Shown: piece by piece, positions 38,129 through 47,100 of the stretch
How the letters are laid out: every line of letters starts with the position of its first letter
Position numbering within the stretch: the first letter of the stretch is position 1
NCBI GenBank assembly: GCA_019244185.1
Contig: JAFATB010000019.1
Location: forward strand, 192,001-256,000
Direction of reading: 5' to 3'
Length of the DNA: 64,000 nt
Source of the DNA: Acidobacteriota bacterium
GTDB taxonomy: Bacteria > Acidobacteriota > Thermoanaerobaculia > Gp7-AA8
The notes under the pieces: generated by a model
Told to the model about the DNA's origin: nothing
Databases searched by the model: none
The model's input: the letters and a program-made list of their open reading frames with translations, nothing else
Position numbers and translations under genes: made by a program

Positions 38129-38770
38129 ATGAGCAACGATTCGTATGCACGCATCTCATTCCTGCGTCCGCACGACGGCGACACCGTCGACTTCGAAGCG
38201 GGCTACATCCGCCATCTCGAATGGCATCGACAAGCGAACGATCCGTGGACGTGGTTCGGATGGACGGTGTGGGCCGGCGAGCGTCAGCGCTGGTTCGTCT
38301 ACGCGACGTTCAATCGCACGCCCGCCGAACTCGACAGCGCCGTCGATCCTGCCGGCGATGAACGCGACAACATCGTCAACGTCACGCCGCACGGCGCGTT
38401 CCTCGGCAGCGCGCTCTTTCGCTACCTGCCCGACGCCTCGCGCGGGAGCGGCGAGCCGTCGGCATCGACGCGCGTCGAACTGACCACGGTCGACCTGCAA
38501 CCGGGCGGTGAAGGGTCGTTCGAACGCGCGCTGAACGAACGGCAGCCGTCGCTGCAGGGCGAGACGCTCTGGTTCCGCATGATCGCCGGCGGACCCGCGC
38601 CGCGCTATCTGAGACTTCGCCCGCGCGCGAACTTCTCGGCGCTGCTCGACTCGATCGAAGAACAAGCGCTGCCGCTGCCAATCGCAACATCAACGACCGT
38701 GAAGTCGACGATCGAGATCCTCAGTCTGCGTCCGGCGATGTGCTACGGCCTGAAGGAGAAACGCTCATGA
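38129..38770 (+). CDS. Hypothetical protein (NIPSNAP/dimeric alpha-beta barrel-like), cytoplasmic paralog
   Basis: Shares EAGY.RHLEWHRQA.DP, YATF, DERDN and LQGETLW with the next gene. Confidence 0.75.
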   Translation: MSNDSYARISFLRPHDGDTVDFEAGYIRHLEWHRQANDPWTWFGWTVWAGERQRWFVYATFNRTPAELDSAVDPAGDERDNIVNVTPHGAFLGSALFRYLPDASRGSGEPSASTRVELTTVDLQPGGEGSFERALNERQPSLQGETLWFRMIAGGPAPRYLRLRPRANFSALLDSIEEQALPLPIATSTTVKSTIEILSLRPAMCYGLKEKRS

Positions 38771-39465
38771 AGCGTTGGCTGCTCGCGGTCCTCGTCCTCG
38801 TCCCCGCGATTCTCCCGGCGCAGGAAGCGGCAGTCGGTCCGTTCGCGCGCATCGCCATCCTTCGCGCGAACGACGGCCAGAGCGTCGATCTCGAAGCGGG
38901 GTACCTGCGCCATCTCGAATGGCATCGGCAGGCGAAGGATCCGTTCAAGTGGTACAGCTACACCGTCTGGGCGTCGACGGAGCGACAGCGCTGGCTGATC
39001 TACGCGACGTTCGGGCATACCGCCGAGAGTCTCAGCAATCCGGTCAATCCCGCCGACGACGAGCGCGACAACGTCATCAACGTTCTGCCGCACGCCCAGT
39101 TCCTGGGCAATGGCGTGTATGAGTTTCTGCCGGCGCTCTCGCGCGGCAACGGCGTGCCGACGCCGACGTTGCGCGCGGAGCTCATGACCGTCGAGCTGAA
39201 TCAGGGCGCGGGCAAAGCGTTCGAGGCAGCCATCGCCGCCGAGCAGTCGAAGCTGCAGGGCGAGACGCTTTGGTATCGAATGATCGCGGGCGGCAACCTG
39301 CCGTGCTACGTGCGGCTGCGTCCGCGCGCCAGTCTCGCCGCGATTCTCAACGAGCGCGCGGATCAGGCCTTGCCGGACAAAGTGAGTCCGCTGATCGCAA
39401 AGGTGACCGTCGAAACGCTCAACCTTCGACCGAACATGCTCGTCAACGTCACGGCCGTGCAATGA
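38767..39465 (+). CDS. Paralog of the previous gene, with a signal peptide
   Basis: MKRWLLAVLVLVPAILPAQ; ATGA overlap; AAGGAG RBS. Confidence 0.8.
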   Translation: MKRWLLAVLVLVPAILPAQEAAVGPFARIAILRANDGQSVDLEAGYLRHLEWHRQAKDPFKWYSYTVWASTERQRWLIYATFGHTAESLSNPVNPADDERDNVINVLPHAQFLGNGVYEFLPALSRGNGVPTPTLRAELMTVELNQGAGKAFEAAIAAEQSKLQGETLWYRMIAGGNLPCYVRLRPRASLAAILNERADQALPDKVSPLIAKVTVETLNLRPNMLVNVTAVQ

Positions 39466-40261
39466 GGCGCTGCGAGGCTTCTTCCGTCGCCGCGTCGGCG
39501 GGGAAGAACGCCTCGACGCGCAGCTCCTGCAGCGTGATGTCGTGCGGCGTGCCGAGGCTCGTGAGGGTGGAGAAGTAGCGAAGACCGAGATCGTCTTTCT
39601 GAAATTCGATCGCGAGGAACGGCGCCGTCGACGCGTCGAGATCGAGCGTCCGCCATCGCGGCGGAACTCCGGGATACGTCAACAAGTCCGCGAGCAGGCG
39701 CCGCGTGTCCGCGCCTCCGAGTCCGCTGAGAACGTCGCGATGCAGCCACTGAATCAGGGCGGCAGCCATCGCTTCCCAGTTGACGATGTGCTGCCGCAGT
39801 CCGCGCGGATGAAACATCAACCGCATGGCGTTGCCGGCCCACTCGTTCGCGGCGTCGGGATCGGCAAATGCCTCGACGAGCTTCACCGCGCCGTGGTTCG
39901 CCTTCAGCAGATTCCAGGAGCGATCGACGACGATGGCCGGATACGGCTCCTGCTGCCTGAGCATGAAGTCGACCGCGCGCCGCGCCTGTTCGAGCGCGGG
40001 CGCGTCGAGATCGGTGGCGCGGTAGATCGCCGCGTAGCCCGCGGACACGAGCAGATCGTTGCGATCGCGCAGCGGTACGTCGAGCACGCGCGCGAGCACG
40101 AGGATCATCTCGCGGCTCGGTTGCGCGCGTCCCGTCTCGATGAAGCTCACGTGACGCGACGACACGCCCGCTTCGAGCGCGAGGTCGAGCTGACTGACGC
40201 GACGTCGCGAGCGCCACTCGCGGAGCAGGCGTCCGAATGGGCGTTCCAGTTCTGCGGCCAT
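39449..40261 (-). CDS. XRE-family transcriptional regulator with an MmyB-like ligand-binding domain
   Basis: LLREWRSRRRVSQLDLALEAGVSSRHVSFIETGRAQPSRE; ELRVEAFFPAD. Confidence 0.93.
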   Translation of the reverse strand: MAAELERPFGRLLREWRSRRRVSQLDLALEAGVSSRHVSFIETGRAQPSREMILVLARVLDVPLRDRNDLLVSAGYAAIYRATDLDAPALEQARRAVDFMLRQQEPYPAIVVDRSWNLLKANHGAVKLVEAFADPDAANEWAGNAMRLMFHPRGLRQHIVNWEAMAAALIQWLHRDVLSGLGGADTRRLLADLLTYPGVPPRWRTLDLDASTAPFLAIEFQKDDLGLRYFSTLTSLGTPHDITLQELRVEAFFPADAATEEASQRLIARP

Positions 40262-40296
40262 GCCGCGCAATCTACACTCCGCGCGAACGGCGAGCC

Positions 40297-40313
40297 ATTA
40301 CCTGCGAAGTAAT
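40297..40313. promoter_or_regulatory. Operator copy ATTACCTGCGAAGTAAT upstream of the XRE regulator
   Basis: Lies in a roughly 54-bp block homologous to 38046-38099. Confidence 0.65.
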
Positions 40314-40336
40314 GGAACGGCTGCGCCGCTCGTCAA

Positions 40337-41347
40337 TCAGCGAAACGGCGACGCTGCCGGCGCCTGGCTATGCTCCGCAAGCGGTGGACGGCGGGACGTT
40401 TGCCGCGAATGCTGAACGCGTGCGTGGGCTCCCGCGAGCGCGGCCACCATCGCAACGCCGATGATCGCGTACAGCACGCGATAGCGCGTCTGCAGGCGGG
40501 AGACGCTCGCGTAGGTGAGACCGTCGGTGAGCGCTTCGTACGACCAGTAGAGTTGCAGCGGGTAGACAGCGACGAGCACCGCGAGCACGCTCGGGAGAAT
40601 GCCCGTCAGCGCGAGCAGGAGCAGGATCGCGTGCGCGAACGTGAAGAGGGCCAGGCTTGCGGCGAACGTTCCCCGTGGGCCGAAGATCACGGCGTTGGTG
40701 CGGATCGCGTTGAGCGCATCGCCGTGGTGGTCGCGGATCTCCTGCGTGAGGTGTCCCGCGACGAAGATCAGCGCGAAGAACGTTGCGATGGCGAGGCCGC
40801 GGCGGTCGAGCGCGCTGCCGATCGAATAGCCGAGGAGGAAGTGCAGGACTCCGCCGGCGAGATGCGTGAGGGAATTGAGAAGCGGCTTGCCTTTCCAGTT
40901 GAAGCGCGGCAGCGAATAGAGAGCGCTCAGCGTGGCGATCGCGAGCGACAGCGCGAGCGGGGTGGTGCCGAGGCGGCGGAAGAGAAGGATGCTGAGGACG
41001 AGCAGCGTCGCCGTGAGTGCGGCCATCTCGCCGCGGCCGACGCCCCGCACGATGAACACGCCCGCGGCTTTGTTCGGATCGGCGAGGTCGGCGTGCACGC
41101 CCGACCAGTCGTTGAGCAGGAAGATGTGCGCCACGAGGAGGACGTTCGCTACGACGAGCGTCACCAGCGGCGCGACGTGATGCGGCGCGACGTGATGCAG
41201 CGTGAGATGCCGCATCGCGAACGCCGCGCCGAGAAGCGGCGGACCCTGAAGCACGAGAATGTCCTGCGGGCGAAGGCAGGAGAGGTACCGAAACGCGGGA
41301 CCTTTAGCCGTCGTTTCGGCGATCGTGGAGACGTTCGTATCGGTCAT
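40337..41347 (-). CDS. UbiA-family prenyltransferase
   Basis: LLNDWSGVHADLADPNK, YSLPRFNWKGKP, QEIRDHHGDALNAIRTNAV; multiple TM segments. Confidence 0.85.
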   Translation of the reverse strand: MTDTNVSTIAETTAKGPAFRYLSCLRPQDILVLQGPPLLGAAFAMRHLTLHHVAPHHVAPLVTLVVANVLLVAHIFLLNDWSGVHADLADPNKAAGVFIVRGVGRGEMAALTATLLVLSILLFRRLGTTPLALSLAIATLSALYSLPRFNWKGKPLLNSLTHLAGGVLHFLLGYSIGSALDRRGLAIATFFALIFVAGHLTQEIRDHHGDALNAIRTNAVIFGPRGTFAASLALFTFAHAILLLLALTGILPSVLAVLVAVYPLQLYWSYEALTDGLTYASVSRLQTRYRVLYAIIGVAMVAALAGAHARVQHSRQTSRRPPLAEHSQAPAASPFR

Positions 41348-44000
41348 AGAGTCTTAGCCAAAGTGCATAGCCGACGTCCTCGGACCAGTAATACCGAGGA
41401 ACGGTCGCGGTGAGATCGTTGTGGTAGAAGAGCGGCGGATCGAGTCGGATCGCGGCGAAGTCATTCCGTGCGAGCTTGCGCAACAGCGCATCGAGCTCCG
41501 CGCCGGACGGCGCGCTTCCGAGCAGCCGCGCGGCAGACAGCCAGACCTGCTGCCCCGGAATCTCGGTGTGCATGCGCGTCTCGGGCAGTTCGAGATCGCA
41601 GCCGGCACGGTGAAGATCGGGAAGCCGCAGGACCGGAACGAGCGGCGCCTTTCGATAGTAGACCCAGACGCGGTCTTCGTCGATGACCGGCCGCAGCGCT
41701 TCGCACAGCGCGTGGCCGGCAGCGGGCCGGACTTGCGACAAGAGCAACAGCAAATGCATCTGAATCGCGACGTCCGTCGGATTCGGATCGCTGCCCGGAT
41801 CGAGACACTGATACGCGCTTTGCGGCGCGAGCCACGAGCGGTAGAGACCTTCGGGCGTGCGATAGCGTGCGATCGTTTCGAGCGCGGCGTCGAGCTGGCT
41901 GCGATCCGCGCCGGGAGCAACGCGCCAGACGAGTGACGTGTCGTCGGTGTCGGGCGTGATGACGCAGCCGAGCGTGCCGATGCCCGGGCCATCCGGCCGT
42001 CCGTGGTAGCGCACCAAGCCGCCGCGCTCGATCTGCTTCGTCAGATGCTGCCTCGCGTGCTGCACGCTTTCCGCGAGACCGTTCTTCGCCGCGATCGGAT
42101 CCAGCAGATCGACGAGGAGCGCCGTGAGAAACGTGTTCATCTCCGGATGCGGATCCTCGAAGCGCGGCGCGCTCGTGAACCGCGTGAGCCAGTAACCGCC
42201 CGGCTGCTGGTGCTCGCGCAGACGCGCTGCAGCAGTCGCCGGATCGCCGGCCGCGCTGACGTCAGCGATCGGCATGCGCGGCAGCACGCGGAACGTATGC
42301 TCGTCGAGGTAACACCCGTCCCCCCTCGCATCCGCCCACGCGAACGCCGTCACGCGGTGCTCGCCGATGGTGAGGCTCGTGGTGTCGAACGGAATGCGCC
42401 AGCCCGCGCGACTGGTCTCGTGCAGCGCCGCGCGGACGTCCGGGCGATCGACGAACGTCGCGGTCGAGAATGTCTGCCGTCCGTCGACGGTGATCGCCAC
42501 CTGCGGCGGCGTGCGGTGGCCCGCAAGCGCCCAGCCGGTGGCGGCGGCCTGGTCTCCGGCGAAGATCGTCGACGTCGCGCGTCCGCCGCTGACGACTCCA
42601 TCGAAACTGCCACGCACGTTGACGAACAGCTCCGCCGGCGCGAGGCCTTCGCGCACCGCGGCGACGAACGGTGCGTTCCGCAGCGTCCACTCCGGATGCT
42701 TGACGGCGGCGGTCACGGTGAAGAGCGGCAGGTCCATCCAGCCGGAGTATGCGAACGCGCCGACGGTCTCGATGAGAATCGCGACACCCACCGCGGCGAC
42801 GAAGCACGCGCGTCCGACACGACGCAACGACGCAACGACCGGCACCAGCATCCACATCAGCAGCGGCACGAGGTCCGTCATGTAGCGCGGTCCCCACGAG
42901 AAGCCGGCGCGCCAATCCACCTTCGCGTAGAGCAGCAGCTGGATCACGATGCCCACGCTCATCGCGAGCGTGAGCCACCGCTCGTCACGGCTGCGCGGCA
43001 GATGACGGAACGCGACGAGGACGAACAGCAGAAACGGTGAAAAGACGAAGAGCCCGCGGGCGGGACTGAACAGCAGCCCCGCGACGCCGGGGAGGAGATG
43101 GAAGCTGAAGAACTGGGCGGTCCCGATCACGCCATAGCCGCCGCCGACGTTGCCGCCGGCGAAGATGTTGTAGAGCAGCACGAGGCCCAGCGGCAGTGCG
43201 GCCGCCGCAACGAACAACCACGCGCGCCGGCGTCCCGCCCAAACGAGCGCGTACACGCCGAGGACGCCGGCGAGGACGACGTCGGGCGGACGATTGCCCG
43301 CGACGAGTCCGCAGAGCACGCCCGCCGCGAGCGCGCGCGTCGTCGTACACGGCGCGGTCAGCTGCAGCAGCAGTCCGACGATCAGCAGCTGTGCGACGCC
43401 GTGCTGCCACAACGCCTGACTGCAGATCACCCACGCCGTCGTGCCGAAGCCGTACGCGACGGCGAGCAGCAGCGCGGTGCGCGCGTTCGTCCGCCGGCGC
43501 AGCAGCAGATAGAGCAGCGCCACGGTGAGCGCGGCCAGCAGCGACGCGGTGAGCTTCTCCATCACGCGTGCGACGTGATCGAGTCGCGCGTCGGTCCAGC
43601 CGCGCGCGTCGAGGTACGCGACGGCGGGCAGATAGAGCGGCGCGACGAGCACCGGCACCACGACCGGATAGAGCGAGATGATGTGGCCGTTCGGCCGGCG
43701 CACGAGCCAGAACGCGTCCGTCCCGCGACCCTGCGCCGCGAGCTTCTCGATCGGCTCGAGAAACAGAGTGTGATGTTTCCAGATCACGAACGGGAGATAG
43801 CGCGCCGGATAGGTGTCGCCCGCGGTGATGGCGCGGCGGTTCGCGTTGTAGATCAGCAGGCAGAAGATGCCGAGGAGGAGGGCGGCGCGGAAGCGTTTCG
43901 GATCGCGCGCGGTGACGTCCGGACGCACGTCCATCGCCAACGTTCCGGCGGGTGGCGGTGTCGCGGATTGGCGCTCATCTTCATGGTTCTCCTGCTGCAT
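41304..44000 (-). CDS. GT-C-like membrane glycosyltransferase + Ig-like domain + terpene-cyclase/prenyltransferase-like alpha-barrel fusion
   Basis: N-terminal multi-TM region with QALWQHG, SPARGLFVFSP and WGPRY. C-terminal QQPGGYW, PDTDDTS (DxDD) and RTPEGLYRSW. Confidence 0.7.
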   Translation of the reverse strand: MQQENHEDERQSATPPPAGTLAMDVRPDVTARDPKRFRAALLLGIFCLLIYNANRRAITAGDTYPARYLPFVIWKHHTLFLEPIEKLAAQGRGTDAFWLVRRPNGHIISLYPVVVPVLVAPLYLPAVAYLDARGWTDARLDHVARVMEKLTASLLAALTVALLYLLLRRRTNARTALLLAVAYGFGTTAWVICSQALWQHGVAQLLIVGLLLQLTAPCTTTRALAAGVLCGLVAGNRPPDVVLAGVLGVYALVWAGRRRAWLFVAAAALPLGLVLLYNIFAGGNVGGGYGVIGTAQFFSFHLLPGVAGLLFSPARGLFVFSPFLLFVLVAFRHLPRSRDERWLTLAMSVGIVIQLLLYAKVDWRAGFSWGPRYMTDLVPLLMWMLVPVVASLRRVGRACFVAAVGVAILIETVGAFAYSGWMDLPLFTVTAAVKHPEWTLRNAPFVAAVREGLAPAELFVNVRGSFDGVVSGGRATSTIFAGDQAAATGWALAGHRTPPQVAITVDGRQTFSTATFVDRPDVRAALHETSRAGWRIPFDTTSLTIGEHRVTAFAWADARGDGCYLDEHTFRVLPRMPIADVSAAGDPATAAARLREHQQPGGYWLTRFTSAPRFEDPHPEMNTFLTALLVDLLDPIAAKNGLAESVQHARQHLTKQIERGGLVRYHGRPDGPGIGTLGCVITPDTDDTSLVWRVAPGADRSQLDAALETIARYRTPEGLYRSWLAPQSAYQCLDPGSDPNPTDVAIQMHLLLLLSQVRPAAGHALCEALRPVIDEDRVWVYYRKAPLVPVLRLPDLHRAGCDLELPETRMHTEIPGQQVWLSAARLLGSAPSGAELDALLRKLARNDFAAIRLDPPLFYHNDLTATVPRYYWSEDVGYALWLRLYDRYERLHDRRNDG

Positions 44001-44116
44001 CCTTCGCCTTCGCAGAGTAGCGGGCGGAGGTCGCGTCCACAAGGCGTAACGGGCGCATCTTCACGACAGACTTTTCTGAATGCCGGCGGCGACGCGCTGG
44101 GCTATCGTGCGCACCG

Positions 44117-47100
44117 ATGACGCCTCCCCGCCGCCTCATCGTCACCGGCATGCACCGGTCGGGCACGTCGTTCGTCGCGTCGCTCGTCGCCGCGTGGAAC
44201 GTGCGCATGGGCGAGCGGTTCCTGGCGCCCGATCGCCACAACCCAAGCGGTTACTTCGAGGACCTCGACTTCGAGGAGCTCGACGCGCAGATGCTCGTCG
44301 ACGCCACGCCGGACGAGGCGGGACATCGCGACTGGGGCTGGACAGAGAGCGAGACGTTCGATGCCGCGCCGCTGCCGGCGCATCGCGATGCCGCCGCCGC
44401 GCTCGTGGCGACGCGCGACCGCGCCGGCGGCGCGTGGGGCTGGAAGGATCCGCGGACGTCGCTGCTCCTCGACTTCTGGGACGACGTCCTCGAACGCGAC
44501 GCGCGCTATCTGCTGATCTATCGGAATCCGTGGGAGGTCGCCGACTCGATGCTGCGCACCGGCGCCGCCGTGTGGCTCACGCATCCCGAGTACGCGGCGA
44601 AGATCTGGGCGCACTACAACCGGCGCATCCTCGAGTTTCACCGGCGCAACCGCGAGCGCACGCTGCTCGTGAGCATTCATCGTCTGTTGCGCGAACCCGG
44701 CGCGTTTGCGTCGATCGTTCAACAGAAGTTCGGCATCGACGCGGACACCGACACGATCGCGGCGCTGCGCAACGACGCGTTGTTCGTAACGAGGCCGGAC
44801 GACGATCCGCTGCCGCGCCTGTGGCGGCATGCGCATCCCGGCACGCTGGACCTCCTCGGCGCGCTCGACGACGCCGCGGACCTCGGCAACGAGCGTAGTT
44901 GGGAAGCGGCCTCGCGCAGAGGCGCCCCGCAACGCGCGGAGCGGCCGCGACTCTCGGTCATCGTGCCGTGCCACGACGACGGCGAGTATCTGCTCGACTC
45001 CGTCGCGAGCGTCGAGCGCACCGCGCCGGCGGCGGAGCTCATCATCGTCGACGACGGCTCGACGCAGCCGCGCACGCGCGAGGTGCTGGATGCGCTGCGC
45101 GAGGCGGGACATCGCGTCATCGAGCAGCCGCACAGCGGGCTCTCCGCGGCGCGCAACCGCGGCATCTCCGCGTCGACGGCCGACTACGTTCTGCCGCTCG
45201 ATGCCGACAATCGAGTGCTGCCCGGTTTCGTCGACGACGCGATTGCGTTGCTCGATGCCGATCCCGCCGCGGGCGTCGTGTACGGCGACCGGCGCGAGTT
45301 CGGCACGCGCAGCGGCGACGTCACCGTGCCGGAGCTCGCGCTGCCGCGCATGCTCTGGAGCAACTACATCGATGCGTGCGCGGTCATCCGCCGTACCGTC
45401 TGGAATGACGCCGGCGGATACGACGTCGCGCTGCGCGAATGGGAAGACTGGGATTTCTGGCTGCGCGCGGCGCAGCGCGGCTGGCGTTTCGCGCGCATTC
45501 CGCGGCCGGTGTTCGAGTACCGCGTGCGTCCCGGCTCACTGCACGACCGCTTCCTGCAGCGCACCGACTATCCGGAGTTGCTGCGCTACATCTACGGCAA
45601 GCATCGCGACGTCGTCTCCGAGCACGCCGCCGAGATTCTGATCGCCGCGCACGACGAGCGCTGGCAGCTCTTCCGCGACATTGAACTGCTGCGCGCGTCG
45701 CGCGATGCGATCCAGTACGAAATCGATCGTCTCGCAAACGCACAGCGCGCGGAAGCGCCAACAAACACGCCGCTGACGAACGCGACGCGCGTCTTCACGA
45801 TCATCGCCCGCAACTACCTCGCACACGCGCGGGTGCTCGCGGCGAGTCTCGCGCGTCACAATCCGCGGGCTCGTCTGCAGGTCGTGGTGTTCGACGATCC
45901 GCAACGCAGCATCACGGACGAAACGTTCGACGTGGTGCACGCGGACGAGCTGCCGTTCGATCCGCCGTCGGAGCTCTTTACGATGGCGGCCATCTACGAC
46001 GTCATGGAGCTCGCCACCGCGATCAAGCCGTGGGCGTTCGCGCATTTCTTCGCGCGCGGCGCGTCGGTCGTCATCTATCTCGATCCCGACATCGAAGTCT
46101 TCGACTCCCTCGGGCCGCTCGAGACGCTGACGCGCGCGCACGGAATGCTGCTCACACCGCACATCACCGCGCCGCTGCCGCGCGACGGCAAGCGTCCCGA
46201 CGAGCGCGATCTCCTCCTCTCCGGCGTCTACAACCTCGGCTTTCTCGCGCTCTCCGCGGAAGCGGCGAACGCGTTTCTGCCGTGGTGGCGCGCGCAGCTG
46301 CGGCGCGACTGCCTCAACGACGCGGCGGAAGGACTGTTCGTCGATCAGCGCTGGGTCGATTTCGCCCCGGCGTTCTTCACGCCGTTCGTCCTCAAGGATC
46401 CCGGCTACAACGTCGCGTACTGGAACCTGCCGCATCGCGTGCTCGCGCGCGACGGCGAGCGCATCGTCGTCAACGAACAACCGCTGCGCTTCCTCCACTA
46501 CAGCGGCTTTTCTCCGCGCGCGCCGCACCTGCTCTCGAAGCATCAGTACGACGATCCGCGCGTGCGCCTCAGCGAGCAGCCGCTGCTCGCCGAGCTCTGC
46601 GCGCGTTACGCGGCGGCGCTGAACGACGCGGGCTACACGGAAAGCGTCTCGCTGCCGTACGGCTTTGCGTCGACGGCCGCGGGGCTGCGGCTCGACGCGC
46701 GGATGCGCAGAGTGTTGCGCCGCACGTATCTCGCGGACGAGGCCAACGCCGGCGCACGCGCGTTTCCGAATCCGTTCTCGCGCGAAGGCGCGGATGACGT
46801 CGTGCTGCGACTGCTGCGGCCCGCGCCGCACGCGCCCGATGTCCCCGCGTATCTCGCGGAGCTCTGGAGCGAGCGCGCGGACCTGCGCGTGGCCTTTCCG
46901 CGCCTCGACTCCACCGACGCGCAACGCTTCCTCGACTGGGTGCGAACGCAGGGCGCGCGCGAGCACGACGTCCCGGCGGAGCTCATCCCTCCCCGCGCGC
47001 CGCGCGCCGCGGAGATCGTCGTGGCGCGACGCGAGCAACTCGCTCCCGGCGTCAACGTCTACGGCTACGCGTTCGCGGAGAGCGGCACCGGACAGATCGT

